Numbered from the stretch's first letter, positions 19,157-30,412 are shown. The stretch: 64,000 nt of DNA from Polyangiaceae bacterium (GCA_033763455.1 JANRKO010000073.1:64001-128000), one strand, 5' to 3'. Made by a program: numbers and translations. The notes: a model not told the origin generated them from the letters alone.

Positions 19157-20389
19157 GTGCGTGACAATACCGGCAAGAAGAGCGCTATCGGGGATACCGG
19201 TACGCCTGGCTTTGCTCCCAATTCTATAGGTGTCTACGTCCACTTTCCGTGGTGCCTGGCTAAATGCCCCTACTGCGACTTCCTGAGCGTGGTTGGGGAA
19301 CGCTCGACCATTCCGCACGCGGCCTACGCCGACGCTGTGATTGCCGAGCTTCGCTTCCGCAGCGCGGAGCTGGAACGGCGTGCCCCTCTCCATTCAGTTT
19401 TCTTCGGCGGTGGAACGCCTTCCCTCTGGGAACCCACCGAGCTCGGCCGCGTCCTTTCGACCATCCTGGAAGCCTTTCCCCACGAGCCTTCCACCCTGGA
19501 AGTCACGGCCGAGTGCAATCCTTCGAGCTTTGATCGAGACCGGGCGCGTCAGCTTCTGGACGTCGGAGTGAACCGCTTCAGCATTGGCATTCAAGGGCTT
19601 GACGCCAACCGCTTACGGTTTCTCGGCAGATTGCACGACCGCGATCAAGGCCTTGCGGCTTTGGAGGTGGCACTTGCTGCGGGGCCACGGAGCGTATCGG
19701 CCGATTTGATCTATGGAGTCGCAGGCGAAACGGCGCAAGAGGCCGTCGATGAAGCCCGAATCATCGCCGGGGTGGGCGTCCAACACCTGAGTGCCTACAC
19801 GCTCACAATCGAGGAAGGAACGCGGTTTGGGGCCCTGGCGCGTGCGGGACAGCTTCCAATTCTGCCCGAAGGCGAGGTTGCCGACAGCTTCTGTGGCGTT
19901 GACGAAGCGTTAGAGCAGTTGGGCCTGGGACACTACGAAATCAGTAACTTTGCCCGCCCCGGATACGAATCGATCCACAACCAGGGCTACTGGCTCGGGC
20001 GAGACTACCTGGGCCTAGGTTGCGGAGCCTGGGGAACTATCGACAACCGCGGGGTTCGCTCGCGTTACCGCAATTGCCAGAACCCGGAACGTTACCTGGG
20101 TTGGAGCACCGGAGATCAAGCCCAGGACGAAGCCTTGCGCGGCACTGTGGAGACCGTCGATGCGAGTACCGCGCTTGCTGAACGCATATTGCTAGGCCTG
20201 CGGCTACGGCGTGGTTTGCAGCTCGAAAAAGCTGCTGAAGAGCTTGGAACTGAGCCATACCCGCCTTCTCGCGCACGGGCGGTGAAGAAGCTCACTGCAC
20301 GCGGACAGCTGATTCAAGAAGACGGCTGGCTCAGGATCCCACCGTCTGCGTGGTTGTTTGCCGACGGTATTATTTCGGAACTCTTGTAG
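19157..20389 (+). CDS. hemW: Radical SAM heme chaperone HemW
   Basis: [35 protein letters not shown]. Confidence 0.92.
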   Translation: MRDNTGKKSAIGDTGTPGFAPNSIGVYVHFPWCLAKCPYCDFLSVVGERSTIPHAAYADAVIAELRFRSAELERRAPLHSVFFGGGTPSLWEPTELGRVLSTILEAFPHEPSTLEVTAECNPSSFDRDRARQLLDVGVNRFSIGIQGLDANRLRFLGRLHDRDQGLAALEVALAAGPRSVSADLIYGVAGETAQEAVDEARIIAGVGVQHLSAYTLTIEEGTRFGALARAGQLPILPEGEVADSFCGVDEALEQLGLGHYEISNFARPGYESIHNQGYWLGRDYLGLGCGAWGTIDNRGVRSRYRNCQNPERYLGWSTGDQAQDEALRGTVETVDASTALAERILLGLRLRRGLQLEKAAEELGTEPYPPSRARAVKKLTARGQLIQEDGWLRIPPSAWLFADGIISELL

Positions 20390-21705
20390 CTACCGTTGCG
20401 CCAGCTTTCCAAATCTCCGAGGGCTCGCTCAGCAATTGCCTCGTAACGGGGCTTCTTCTTGAGGCGAGAGTCCGTCCACGGCGCGATGTGCGCAAAGGTG
20501 ATGTTAGAGGGCTGAAAATCTGGAGTTTTGCGGCGGAGGTGCGTCAGTAGGCCTCCGTGAGCGGTTGTATTCGGAGGCAACAAAGGTTCCCTGCCGTACC
20601 AACGTTCGGAGAGTGAGAATGCCGCCAACCAGCCGCCCGCGGCGCTTTCCACGTAGCCTTCCGTCCCTGTGATCTGGCCCGCAAAATACAAGCCGGGCTC
20701 CGAAGCGAGCTGGAGCGTTCCATCGAGCACGTTTGGCGCGTTGATGAAGGTATTGCGATGAATCGCTCCGAAGCGGTAAAATTCAGCATTTTCAAGCCCA
20801 GGCACTGTGCGGAACACTCGCGCCTGCTCGCCAAACGCCATCTTGGTTTGAAAGCCAACAAGGTTGAAAGCAGTGCCTGCCTCATCTTCTTTGCGCAACT
20901 GGATCACAGCATAGGGCCAGCGCCCGGTCTTCGGATCGGTAAGGCCTACCGGCTTCATGGGGCCAAATGCCAAGGTTTTTTGGCCCCGCGCCGCCATGAT
21001 CTCAATCGGCAAACAGCCTTCGAAGTAGCGCGTATCTTCAAAGCCCTGCGGCTCCACCTTTCGCGCTTGAAGCACGTTCTCAACGAAAGCGTCGTACTCC
21101 TCGCGCGTGAGCGGACAATTCACATACGCGGCCTGTTCTTCGGGTGTTTCCCCTTTGCCCCAGCGCGACGCGATGAACACTTTATCCCAGTTGATCGATT
21201 CCGCACTCACGATCGGCGAGATGGCGTCGTAATACGCCAGCGCCGTTTCCCCCACACGCGCCGCAATGCTCTTGGCAAGGCTCTCTCCCGTGAGGGGCCC
21301 GGTGGCGACAATGAGCGGCCGCTCCTCCGGCAGCTGCTCCACCACCGTTTCAATCACTTCGATCAGGGGATGCTCGCGCACCCAGCTCGACACCAACTGG
21401 CTGAATTTATCTCTATCCACCGCCAAAGCGCCGCCGGCGGGAACTCGAGTGGCGTCGGCCGCGCGAATGATGAAAGAGCCCAACCTGCGCATTTCTTCTT
21501 TCAGAAGACCGACAGCATTGGAGAGCGCTGCGCCCCGCAACGAATTCGAACACACGAGCTCGCAGAAGTAGTCGCTCACCTGAGCTGGCGTTCGTTCTTT
21601 GGGCTTCTGCTCAAAGAGGCGGACGGGAATACCACGCTCGGCTAGCTGCAAGGCTGCCTCACAGCCCGCGAGCCCCGCCCCAATGATGGTGACTCGCTCT
21701 GCCAT
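20314..21705 (-). CDS. trmFO: Folate-dependent tRNA m5U54 methyltransferase TrmFO (Gid)
   Basis: Probable start [14 protein letters not shown] (ATG at 21705; the track ORF is over-extended); [29 protein letters not shown]. Confidence 0.95.
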   Translation of the reverse strand: MAERVTIIGAGLAGCEAALQLAERGIPVRLFEQKPKERTPAQVSDYFCELVCSNSLRGAALSNAVGLLKEEMRRLGSFIIRAADATRVPAGGALAVDRDKFSQLVSSWVREHPLIEVIETVVEQLPEERPLIVATGPLTGESLAKSIAARVGETALAYYDAISPIVSAESINWDKVFIASRWGKGETPEEQAAYVNCPLTREEYDAFVENVLQARKVEPQGFEDTRYFEGCLPIEIMAARGQKTLAFGPMKPVGLTDPKTGRWPYAVIQLRKEDEAGTAFNLVGFQTKMAFGEQARVFRTVPGLENAEFYRFGAIHRNTFINAPNVLDGTLQLASEPGLYFAGQITGTEGYVESAAGGWLAAFSLSERWYGREPLLPPNTTAHGGLLTHLRRKTPDFQPSNITFAHIAPWTDSRLKKKPRYEAIAERALGDLESWRNGSYKSSEIIPSANNHADGGILSQPSS

Positions 21706-21710
21706 CCGGC

Positions 21711-24116
21711 TCACCCAGCCTGAGCCGAAGCGAGCTCGCCATCTTCCGCACCAGCACCACCACCTAGCAGTGCCTCTGCATCGTCGACATCGCGGGAGTA
21801 ACCGCACTCCTTGCCGCGCGGGCACATGAGCTTGGGGGTCTTCTTGCCGCCGCCGTACACGAGGAACGGGTGAGCGCAGAGGGGGCACGGCTCCAAAACG
21901 GGCTTCTGCCAGCTTCTGAAATCACACTTCGGATAGTTGGCGCAACCGTAGAACGAGCGAGCACCCTTCTTCTTCGAACGCACCTCTACGATGTCACCCG
22001 CGCACTTCGGGCAAGGCACACCCAGCGGAACAGGGCGCGTCGTCTTACACTCAGGGTAGCCGCTGCACGATAAGAACTGACCAAACCGCCCAGTCTTGAT
22101 GATCATGGGGCGCTGACACTCATCGCACTTGTAGTCGGTGAGCACGGGCTTAAGCGGAGTACCTTCGTCAGAGATATCCTGAGTCACCTTGCACTTCGGA
22201 TAGTTCTCGCAGCCCAGGAACCAACCGTTGCGGCTCCAGCGTTTCAGCATGATGCCGCCGCATTCCTCGCACTTGTGCTCGGTGGGTTGGGGCTCAGGGG
22301 CCCAGCGCTCACCTTTTTTCGCGATGTTCAGACGCTCCCGAAAACGTCCATAGAACTTGGTGAGCAGGTCCACGCGGTCTAACCGACCCGCCGCAACCTC
22401 ATCGAGCTCTTTCTCGAGATTGGCCGTAAAATCCGGGTCCATAAAGTCGAGCGTCGTGCCGATCAGGCCGTCGATCACGATCTTGCCTAGGTTAGTGGCC
22501 TTCATCTGGCCCCCCTCAAGGCGTTCCACGTAATCCCGAGCCTGCACCTTGGCGATGATGTCCGCATAGGTGCTGGGGCGCCCAATTCCACGGCGCTCAA
22601 GCTCGCGCACCAACGAACCTTCATTGAAGCGGGGCGGAGGTTGAGTGAACTTCTGATCGGCACTCACACCCGGTGGGTCCACCAGCGTGAGGACCTCACC
22701 TTCCTTAAGCTCAGGCAACAGGCCCTCGGTGTCTTCATCACCTCGCGCAGCCGCAACGCCGACCAAAGCCGGAGAGGCCCCGGCTTCTTCTTCGCCTTCG
22801 CCAGCATATTCCTTCTGTCCATCGCTCACGCGGTTGTACTGATCGAGCCAACCCGCAAACTTCAAAACCTTGCCACCCACACGCAAGCCATAGACGCGAT
22901 GGGGCGCCCGCGCAGTCGGTTCGGCCTCAATATCCACCCCGGTTTGATCATACAAAGCGTGGCTCATTTGGGAGGCCACAAACCTGTCCCAGATCAACTT
23001 GTAGAGTTTATATTGCTCCTCCGTGAGGTGCTTTTTCACCTTCTCAGGCGCGAGGAGCATCGAGGTGGGGCGGATAGCTTCATGGGCGTCTTGAGCGCCC
23101 TGCTTGAGCTTAAACACGTTGGGCTTTTCGGGCAGAAACTCCTTGCCGTGCTGCTCCAAAATATGAACGCGCGCTTCCTCCACCGCGTCGGCACCCACGC
23201 GTGTTGAATCAGTGCGCATGTAGGTGATGAGACCAACTTGGCCGCCGTCGTCCTTTAGATCCACACCCTCGTACAGCTTTTGGGCAATGTTCATCGTGCG
23301 CTTGGTGGTGAAGCGCAGGTAGCTTGTGGCGTCTTGCTGAAGCTTGCTAGTGGTGTAGGGAGCCGGCGCATTCCTCTTCTGCTGCCGCTTGGTAACCTTA
23401 ACCACCTTGTATTTGGCGTTCTTCAGGGCTGCCACAACCCCGGAGGATTGATCGGCATTTTTGACTTCCAGCTTTTCGCCATCGGCCTTGGTGAGGCGCG
23501 CGAAAATGGGCGTGGTGTCTTTGCCCTTCAGCGAAGCACCCAGGTTCCAGTACTCCTCCGGAACGAAATTCTCGATCTCGCGTTCGCGTTCCACAATCAG
23601 GCGCAGCGCCACCGATTGAACTCGGCCCGCGCTCAAACCGAACGCAAGCTTGCTCCATACCAGCGCTGACACATCGTACCCCACGATACGATCCAGGACC
23701 CGTCGGGCACGCTGCGCCCCATACAGGTGCTGATCGAGCTCTCGCGGATGCGCCAGGCCGGCCTCCACACCCTTCTTGGTGATTTCGTGAAATTCGACGC
23801 GTTTAATGGGCAGTTTTGGCCGTTTGAGCTCCTCGGCGATGTGCCAGGCAATTGCCTCGCCTTCGCGATCAGGGTCTGTTGCGAGCAGCAAGGCTTCGGA
23901 TTTTTTTGCCTCCGTTTTGAGCTCGGCCAAGACCTTGGATTTGGCTTCGATGATCTCGTAGGTCTCTTTGAAACCGTCCTCCACATCAATGCCCAGCTTC
24001 TTAGGCAGATCCTTAACGTGACCTTTGCTGGCCATCACTTCGTATCCCGCGCCGAGATATTTTTTGATGGTTTTGGCTTTGGCCGGAGATTCTACGACGA
24101 CGAGCGTCTTTGCCAT
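21711..24116 (-). CDS. topA: DNA topoisomerase I with four C-terminal zinc ribbons
   Basis: [42 protein letters not shown], four Cys4 ribbons. Confidence 0.98.
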   Translation of the reverse strand: MAKTLVVVESPAKAKTIKKYLGAGYEVMASKGHVKDLPKKLGIDVEDGFKETYEIIEAKSKVLAELKTEAKKSEALLLATDPDREGEAIAWHIAEELKRPKLPIKRVEFHEITKKGVEAGLAHPRELDQHLYGAQRARRVLDRIVGYDVSALVWSKLAFGLSAGRVQSVALRLIVEREREIENFVPEEYWNLGASLKGKDTTPIFARLTKADGEKLEVKNADQSSGVVAALKNAKYKVVKVTKRQQKRNAPAPYTTSKLQQDATSYLRFTTKRTMNIAQKLYEGVDLKDDGGQVGLITYMRTDSTRVGADAVEEARVHILEQHGKEFLPEKPNVFKLKQGAQDAHEAIRPTSMLLAPEKVKKHLTEEQYKLYKLIWDRFVASQMSHALYDQTGVDIEAEPTARAPHRVYGLRVGGKVLKFAGWLDQYNRVSDGQKEYAGEGEEEAGASPALVGVAAARGDEDTEGLLPELKEGEVLTLVDPPGVSADQKFTQPPPRFNEGSLVRELERRGIGRPSTYADIIAKVQARDYVERLEGGQMKATNLGKIVIDGLIGTTLDFMDPDFTANLEKELDEVAAGRLDRVDLLTKFYGRFRERLNIAKKGERWAPEPQPTEHKCEECGGIMLKRWSRNGWFLGCENYPKCKVTQDISDEGTPLKPVLTDYKCDECQRPMIIKTGRFGQFLSCSGYPECKTTRPVPLGVPCPKCAGDIVEVRSKKKGARSFYGCANYPKCDFRSWQKPVLEPCPLCAHPFLVYGGGKKTPKLMCPRGKECGYSRDVDDAEALLGGGAGAEDGELASAQAG

Positions 24117-24160
24117 GAAGTGGGGAGCCTCAACTACGAAAGGGGGGGTGAAGGGGCCTC

Positions 24161-24188
24161 AGGATGACCACCTCGGACGCCGGGTCAA
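24161..24188 (-). promoter_or_regulatory. Possible sigma70 promoter for topA
   Basis: Minus strand TTGACC-N16-CATCCT with a TG just upstream of the -10 box. Confidence 0.3.
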
Positions 24189-24215
24189 GGCCTCCAGTCT
24201 CAAAACCCTTTAGTA

Positions 24216-25136
24216 TCAAGTACTTGGCAGGCAGAGTCCTCCCCGACCATCCCCAATCAGGGCCCCCCTCAACCTGAGCCTGAGCAAAATCTGTTGGATT
24301 TCGGCAACCCCAAGCCCGGTGGCCGAACACAGGTCATCGATGGCCGAGTGGCCACGAGCTACCTCCGCTAGAACTCGCGTGGAGTCGGAGAGCTCGGCGT
24401 CGCTACTCGGCGGCGAGCGCAGCGTGAGCGCCATCTCGTCACCGATCACTGCATGCCCGGGTGCCGTGAATGGCAATGGATGCAGCCTATCTGCTCGCAG
24501 CCCACGCAACACATCCCGAGCGTCCTTGATTGGCCTTCCCCCTTGTTTCAGCTCCTCGATGCATCCGAGCCCGCGGCTGTTCCAGGGCGCATGGGGCACC
24601 ACGAACAACGAGCGACCCAACTTGCGGGCCTGAGCCGCTGCGTTCCGAGCTCCGCTCCTGTACCCGGCCTCCACCACCACCAGGGCGTGCGCTAGCGCTA
24701 CCAACAGCGCGTTGCGTGGGAAGAACGAACCCCGATTGGCTGGAAACTCCCCCGGAACCAGCGATACGTAAGCGCCACCACCTACCAGCACCCGGCGAAA
24801 GAGGTCAGCATTCTTGGCTGGGAAAGGCCTCTCAAAGCCGCTTGGCGCCACAACTACGGTGGCCCCGCCCGCATCCAGTGCTCCCTCATGCGCCGCTGTG
24901 TCGATGCCCTCGGCGCCGCCAGAAAGCACCGTGATGCCCGCCTCCGTAAGATCTTTGGCTAGGTTGCGAGCAAACGCAAACGCTGCTGTCGAACATGAGC
25001 GCGTTCCAACCACGGCAACCGCAGGACCCCGCGGGAGCTCCCCGCGCACGAACAGTATGTCGGGGGGCTCGGGGAGAGCCAAAACGCGAACGGGACGAAG
25101 GCTGCCACTCAAGGTAACTTCTGGAAAATCGTGCAC
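24216..25136 (-). CDS. dprA: DNA-processing protein DprA (no N-terminal SAM domain)
   Basis: AVVGTR, SGGAEGID, FFPRN, VVVEAGYRSGA, C-terminal wHTH; GTG at 25136 chosen to avoid overlap; dprA-topA-trmFO synteny. Confidence 0.9.
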   Translation of the reverse strand: MHDFPEVTLSGSLRPVRVLALPEPPDILFVRGELPRGPAVAVVGTRSCSTAAFAFARNLAKDLTEAGITVLSGGAEGIDTAAHEGALDAGGATVVVAPSGFERPFPAKNADLFRRVLVGGGAYVSLVPGEFPANRGSFFPRNALLVALAHALVVVEAGYRSGARNAAAQARKLGRSLFVVPHAPWNSRGLGCIEELKQGGRPIKDARDVLRGLRADRLHPLPFTAPGHAVIGDEMALTLRSPPSSDAELSDSTRVLAEVARGHSAIDDLCSATGLGVAEIQQILLRLRLRGALIGDGRGGLCLPST

Positions 25137-25161
25137 CGAGCCTGTTCGGCTGAGCACCGCG

Positions 25162-25827
25162 TCAGTTGTGTGCTTCGAACAAACCGACCAGCGCTTTTCC
25201 GCTGCCGCCGCTGCCCTCAAGCACTAAATAGACAGAAAACCCGCGCACATCCAAACTTCGCAGGCAGCCTCCAGTGCCCGCCACCGAACCCGCCCCGAGC
25301 AGCAGGCTACTCTGTGCAATGACGGTTGGTGGCCACGGTGGTCCTGCCAGCACATGGACGCGCAAGCCCTCAAGCCCTTCCTCCGCCGCCGCAATACCGT
25401 AGCAGCGGTCCATCTCCAAACGCACACTCGCAACCGCCAGCTCGGAGGGCCCGAGCGACGCCTCGAACAGGCGCAGAGCGGCCCCTTCAGGGCCAAACAC
25501 CGCCGCAAGTTTCAGCCCAAGCTCCGAGCTCAAATGCTTTGTGGGAATCTCCACCGCCGCCTTGGCCGAAAGCCCCCCGAGCGTGAGAGCTTCTAGCCGT
25601 TCCGGGCCGTCGATCAGCGGACCGATGGGCTCCACCGTGCTGCCAGGAATTCGAGAGGGGGGAGCCGTGGGTGGCTCGCTGGTGGGCACCGATCCCACAG
25701 GATATGCCCGGAGCCCGCGAGCACCCTCGGAAAAGGAACCCTGCGAAATCTGGGTTTTTCCGCTAGCCCCGCATCCCCCAAGCAAACATCCGCCCAGAAG
25801 GAGGGAAAACCGAAGAGGGTTCGACAT
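25162..25827 (-). CDS. Hypothetical lipoprotein
   Basis: Signal ending LLGGC, Pro-rich linker, beta-rich C-terminal domain with two Cys. Confidence 0.6.
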   Translation of the reverse strand: MSNPLRFSLLLGGCLLGGCGASGKTQISQGSFSEGARGLRAYPVGSVPTSEPPTAPPSRIPGSTVEPIGPLIDGPERLEALTLGGLSAKAAVEIPTKHLSSELGLKLAAVFGPEGAALRLFEASLGPSELAVASVRLEMDRCYGIAAAEEGLEGLRVHVLAGPPWPPTVIAQSSLLLGAGSVAGTGGCLRSLDVRGFSVYLVLEGSGGSGKALVGLFEAHN

Positions 25828-25869
25828 CGGGAACTTCTGTCAAATTACATCCCTGTGCTAACACAAGCT

Positions 25870-26829
25870 ATGCGATTCGTCGTCGCGACCCACGGCCACT
25901 GTTTCGACGGCCTGGCGAGCGCCACCCTCTTCACCCGACTCCTCCAGCAAACCCGCAAGGACAACCTGGATTTCGTGTACCGCGCGTGTGGCTACGGGCT
26001 TGAGCAAACCAGAGCCGACGAGGGCGTGCTCGATGGCGAAGAGAACGCCATCCTGGACTATCGGTACCACCCGAGTGCTCGACTGAATTGGTTTTTCGAC
26101 CACCACAGGACGTCTTTCCAAACCCCCGGGGCGCGCGAGCATTTCGACGCGCACAGAGCCGGAGGGCAATTCTTCTTCGATGCTGGGTATTCGTCTTGCA
26201 CTCGCTTGGTCTCGGACGTGGCGGCCAAGGAATTTGGCGTGACCGACGCGTCACTCAAAGAACTGGTGGATTGGGCAGACAAGATAGATGCCGCCCGCTT
26301 TTCCTCAGCTGCGGAAGCGATCAACCATGACCACGCAGTCATGCGCCTGGCAACAGTCGTGGAGCACCACGCCGACGACGCGTTCCTCGAGGCGACCATC
26401 CCAGAGCTTCTTGCGAAACCCCTTCTTGTGGTAGCGAACTCCACGCGCGTTCAAGAAGCCTACGCACCTTTGGGAAAAAAGCATTTGGAGTTCATCGAGC
26501 TCATGCGAAGCGCGAGTCGACTTTCGAATGGAGTGGTGCTCGCAGATCTTACGAGCGAGCTTTTGCCGAATCTCGGAAAGTTTGTAACTTACGCGCTCTA
26601 TCCGCAGTCTATTTATTCGGTAGTGGTGGGCATTACGGAGGCGGGTGCCAAGATCTCGGTTGGCTACAATCCTTGGTCCGGCTCGGCCCGAACTGCCGAT
26701 ATCAGCCAGATTTGTGCACGCTACGGCGGCGGCGGGCATCCTTTTGTCGGTGGAATGTCCTTCGCCACAAAAGACGTGGAAACGGCACGAGCCGTTGCAA
26801 AAGAAGTGGCGCGCGAACTAGAAAGTTAA
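25870..26829 (+). CDS. DHH/DHHA1 family phosphoesterase
   Basis: HGHCFDG, ILDY, FDHH, GGGGH motifs. Confidence 0.88.
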   Translation: MRFVVATHGHCFDGLASATLFTRLLQQTRKDNLDFVYRACGYGLEQTRADEGVLDGEENAILDYRYHPSARLNWFFDHHRTSFQTPGAREHFDAHRAGGQFFFDAGYSSCTRLVSDVAAKEFGVTDASLKELVDWADKIDAARFSSAAEAINHDHAVMRLATVVEHHADDAFLEATIPELLAKPLLVVANSTRVQEAYAPLGKKHLEFIELMRSASRLSNGVVLADLTSELLPNLGKFVTYALYPQSIYSVVVGITEAGAKISVGYNPWSGSARTADISQICARYGGGGHPFVGGMSFATKDVETARAVAKEVARELES

Positions 26830-26841
26830 GCTGAGGCGCCC

Positions 26842-27585
26842 ATGACACGCAAACGTCCCCTCATCTTGGCGCACCGTGGCGCACGGCAGGAGGCACCCGA
26901 GAATACCATCGCAGCCTTCCAACGCGGGCTCGAGCTCGGTGCGGACGGCTTCGAGCTCGACGTGCGTTTGAGCCAAGATCTTGAAGTCATCGTGTTGCAC
27001 GATCCGAGCACGCGACGAGTGGCCAAAGGCGCGCGTGCCCTTCGTGCTGAGAATCACGCCTATGCAGAACTCCGGCGGCTTGACCTTGGAGGGGGCGCTT
27101 ACATCCCCACGTTGCGCGAAGCCGTGGAGTTAGCCCGTGAACGCAGCGCCCTCGTGAATATAGAGCTCAAACACAATCTCAAGCGCAAGCGTCACCTCAT
27201 CGCCAAAGTTGTGGCCCTGTTGAATGAGATCCCGAACGCCCCGGAGTTTGTATTTCTATCAAGTTTTGACCCTCGCATTGTGTTTTCGCTGGCGCGCGCC
27301 TTGCCGAACCTGGAAGTCGGGTGGTTGGTTCATAAGAAGCAATTGTGGCTTCGCCGTGCACCGGGGTGGCCATGGGTAGGCGCTCGCGCCCTGCACCCCG
27401 AGCACAGCATGGTAACGCCCGCCCTCATTCAACGTGTCAAAGAACGCGGCGGGAAGGTGAACACCTGGACGGTGAACGAAGTGCACGAGGCGGAGCGACT
27501 CGCGGCTCTCGGCGTGGACTGCATTATTACGGATGTGCCAGGCGATATTGTGCACGGGCTTGGGGCGAGCATTCGAGCGGGCTAG
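26842..27585 (+). CDS. Glycerophosphodiester phosphodiesterase
   Basis: AHRGA..APENT, ELDV, LHD, NIELK, SSFD, WTVN, IITDVP. Confidence 0.95.
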   Translation: MTRKRPLILAHRGARQEAPENTIAAFQRGLELGADGFELDVRLSQDLEVIVLHDPSTRRVAKGARALRAENHAYAELRRLDLGGGAYIPTLREAVELARERSALVNIELKHNLKRKRHLIAKVVALLNEIPNAPEFVFLSSFDPRIVFSLARALPNLEVGWLVHKKQLWLRRAPGWPWVGARALHPEHSMVTPALIQRVKERGGKVNTWTVNEVHEAERLAALGVDCIITDVPGDIVHGLGASIRAG

Positions 27586-27591
27586 GCATCC

Positions 27592-28452
27592 TTACTCACA
27601 TTCAGACCGACTCACCCGCACACCTGCCGGCACATTCTGCCGAAATCCGCCCGCTACCAGCGGCGGATTTTGGACCACATCTTTCACTTTGATCACAATA
27701 TCTCGCCCCAGGTACGGCACCTCCAGGCGAATGCGACCGGGCACTTCGGCGCTACACATGGGTCCAGATGGCGGAATATCCGGGGAAAAACCATCCGGAT
27801 CTTTCCAAGGCTCCGCCAAATTGCGCGCGCGGTGGCCTTCTAGCTCAGCTGTGTAAAGGGGCACACCAGCCTGCTCTACCCGCACCTGCAAGACACGCAG
27901 GCGTTGTTCGCGCCAGGGTTTGTCGTAGTCGCTCGCATACGGCTCAAGCACTATTACCTGCTCGGCTTGGTGCTTGCTGCGAACTTTGATTTCGTAGTTA
28001 CCATTCCAGCTTATCGACGCCTGCTCTGGCTCATGCACCAACACCGGTGCCTCGCCGCGCAGAAGCTGCACCAAGACAAACGGCGGCACTGGCACCTGAG
28101 TTAGCCGAGCTACGTTGCACTCTGTGGCTTTACCCCTAAGAAAGCTGCGCGCGCGGAGATCGTACAGTGAAAACTCCTGGCCATCTGCCGTGAGGGTGGA
28201 AAGCACCACACCGAAATTGCTGACGACATCAAGCCGCAGTTGCTCGGGAAGCACCGCGGCATACAGCAAGCTGATGCCACGAAACCGGCCTTCGTCGCCA
28301 AAATAGTCAATTTCGGCCTCGCCGCTCACCCCGCGGCTGCACGCATAGGTATCCGTAAGGCGATCGAGTGCGGCCTGTGCGTTTGGGAACTGCGAAGGCG
28401 GCGCTTGCCTACAGCCCGTTGCGGCAACAAACGACAGAGCCAGTGCTGCCAT
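27592..28452 (-). CDS. Hypothetical lipoprotein (LolB/DUF4292-like fold suspected)
   Basis: Lipobox ATGC; PEQLRLDVVSNFGVVLSTLTADGQEFSLYD resembles LolB-like strands; start uncertain (28452-28500). Confidence 0.55.
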   Translation of the reverse strand: MAALALSFVAATGCRQAPPSQFPNAQAALDRLTDTYACSRGVSGEAEIDYFGDEGRFRGISLLYAAVLPEQLRLDVVSNFGVVLSTLTADGQEFSLYDLRARSFLRGKATECNVARLTQVPVPPFVLVQLLRGEAPVLVHEPEQASISWNGNYEIKVRSKHQAEQVIVLEPYASDYDKPWREQRLRVLQVRVEQAGVPLYTAELEGHRARNLAEPWKDPDGFSPDIPPSGPMCSAEVPGRIRLEVPYLGRDIVIKVKDVVQNPPLVAGGFRQNVPAGVRVSRSECE

Positions 28453-28489
28453 ATGGCAGACACTGGCCGACCGCGTGTGCTGCGCCCCC

Positions 28490-30112
28490 TTAGTTACCAC
28501 GCAGCGATTCAAAGAGATCGTAATCAGGTGAAGCGAGCTCCACCTTGATCCGTTGCACGCCAATATCCGCCTGCTCCAGCAAACGCGCCAAGCCCATGCC
28601 ATCCATCAAGTGGACGGCGGCGGCGCCCGGAGCGGACGCTTCTTCACGCGCGCCACTCAAGATTTGCCCAAGCGTTACGATCATGCCCACCTGGGCGGAG
28701 CCATAGTGGTGAAGTGTGCCGCGCAATTCGGAAACGCGCTCACGACCAACCTCACGGCCATCACGTCGAATGACGAGCGCGACACTCACCTCGCCTGTTT
28801 CACTGTGCAGGCGACCGGCGAAATGCAGCTCGCTAGGCGGCGCGCCTGGCCTCCGCACGGGGCGCAGGCTGCGTACTTGCGCTTGCTCCAACGCAACTTG
28901 CACGAGCTCTCCGAGCGCGCGCGGTGGCATGGCCGTCAGCTGACGTAAAAGGACCCGGCGAGCCAACTCACGGTAGCGAGTTGTAAGCGCGAATATGTCG
29001 CGTTCCAGGCGACCGAGCTCCCCATCTTGCGACTCCACGAGGCCCACACGCCCGGAATTGATCCGGAAGCGAGGACGCTGGCCGTCGCGCTGACGACGCG
29101 TGTTGTCGGCACGCAGGCACGCATGCACGACGCCTTCAGCGCTCTGAGCATCGACCACACGCCCTTTGCGCATGGCCGCGTCAGCAAGTGCTCGTAAGGG
29201 CGCCATCCCACGCCCGCGCGATTGCAAAAGCTGTTCGAGAACATCGGCCAGCTCCGCCCCAACGAGCTCGTCACCGGCGGGGATCGCTTCATCCCTGCGT
29301 GAATCATCTCGACGTCCTTCTTCGCGACGCGACTCGTCTCGCCTTCCATCATCGCGGCCACGGCGGCCTTCATCTCGATCACGGCGGCCTTCGTCGGGGG
29401 GACGGCGGGACTCCAGACCTCTTTCGCGCTGCTGCCGCGGGCCGTCTGCGAAGTCGGGGCGTAACGTCCCTTCCTCTGTTGCGCTGAGTGCGGAGCTTTC
29501 GCCCAATGCAGCGACAACCGCCTCGATGGGTGCATCGGAAACGGTGTAGGACGGCAAGCCTGAACGATCTTCGTCCCCCCTTCGACGCCGACGGTTGCGG
29601 CGAGGACGCCGGCCGTCTTCATCTCCGCCGTCGGCCGGAGCCGCAACGGGATCTGGCCCACCGAGGATCGGCTCCTCGTCGTCATCTTCGGTCGAGAACA
29701 GTTGTTGCCCGCCAGCTGCAAACTGCGCTCGCTTGACCTCTTCCTCATCCGGACCCGGCAAATCATCGGGTGGGGCCCCGGAAGCGTGGCCGTTGTGGTC
29801 CCCCACGCCGTTACCAGCTTCGAGGCCATCATGGATCATGTTGATGGCAGGCGTGCGGTCAGCCAGGCCCTTATCGATCGTGGATTGATCCCAGTCACGA
29901 AGTGCGAACACGCCGGGTTTGATGCGGATGAGCGGGTTATCTTTTTCCCCTTTTTTCACGAGCGCCGCGAGGCGAGCTCCCATCGTAACCTCGGGGCTCT
30001 TGCCCACGTGACTTAGGAAGTTCTTCTCAATCGCAACGTCTGTAATTTCCTTATAGTGCAGGGGTTTTCCGACGAGGCGCAGTACTTTCGCCGCAGCTTC
30101 GGTAAAAGTCAT
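28490..30112 (-). CDS. HARE-HTH protein with charged disordered linker and degenerate Mrr-like REase domain
   Basis: N-terminal MTFTEAAAKVL..PLHYKEITDVAI..GKSPEVTM..PGVFAL; C-terminal VGRERVSELRGTL..GMIVTLG..GAREEA..VHLMDG..LARLL. Confidence 0.8.
   Translation of the reverse strand: MTFTEAAAKVLRLVGKPLHYKEITDVAIEKNFLSHVGKSPEVTMGARLAALVKKGEKDNPLIRIKPGVFALRDWDQSTIDKGLADRTPAINMIHDGLEAGNGVGDHNGHASGAPPDDLPGPDEEEVKRAQFAAGGQQLFSTEDDDEEPILGGPDPVAAPADGGDEDGRRPRRNRRRRRGDEDRSGLPSYTVSDAPIEAVVAALGESSALSATEEGTLRPDFADGPRQQRERGLESRRPPDEGRRDRDEGRRGRDDGRRDESRREEGRRDDSRRDEAIPAGDELVGAELADVLEQLLQSRGRGMAPLRALADAAMRKGRVVDAQSAEGVVHACLRADNTRRQRDGQRPRFRINSGRVGLVESQDGELGRLERDIFALTTRYRELARRVLLRQLTAMPPRALGELVQVALEQAQVRSLRPVRRPGAPPSELHFAGRLHSETGEVSVALVIRRDGREVGRERVSELRGTLHHYGSAQVGMIVTLGQILSGAREEASAPGAAAVHLMDGMGLARLLEQADIGVQRIKVELASPDYDLFESLRGN
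29290..29410 (-). repeat. Degenerate coding repeat of (D/E)(D/E)(G/S)RR units
   Basis: Translates as RRPPDEGRRDRDEGRRGRDDGRRDESRREEGRRDDSRRDE. Confidence 0.7.
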
Positions 30113-30412
30113 TGGTAGTTTTTCTCTCTAGAATGAACGTGCCACACGGGCAACGCAGGGTTTCGCTTATGGCTCAAGGGGTGGCCCCGCCCGGTCAATG
30201 ATTGCCGATCCCAAAGCCTGAACAGTTGAACAACGCTTGCCGCGTATCATGCCCAAAACCCCGCACGCAAACTACCCCAGCCTCGCGGGACCAACTTTCG
30301 CCGGGTGGGCGGGTTCCCCGCGAGGCCCAGACGAGGGCAATTTCCCCCAAAAACACGGTCTCACCCGAAACTTCGAGACCACCCCAGCAACCTGTTAGAG
30401 AAGTGGGTTCCC

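Noticed and set aside
20758..21645. 295-aa plus-strand ORF
   Set aside because: Antisense shadow of trmFO.
21706..21888. N-terminal extension of TrmFO in the ORF track
   Set aside because: Overlaps topA in another frame; homology starts at MAERVTIIG (21705).
28490..30112. Active type IV restriction system
   Set aside because: Catalytic residues look degenerate and no partner defence genes are adjacent.
30129..30145. sigma54-like TGGCACG upstream of the HARE-HTH gene (minus strand)
   Set aside because: The -12 position reads CT rather than GC.
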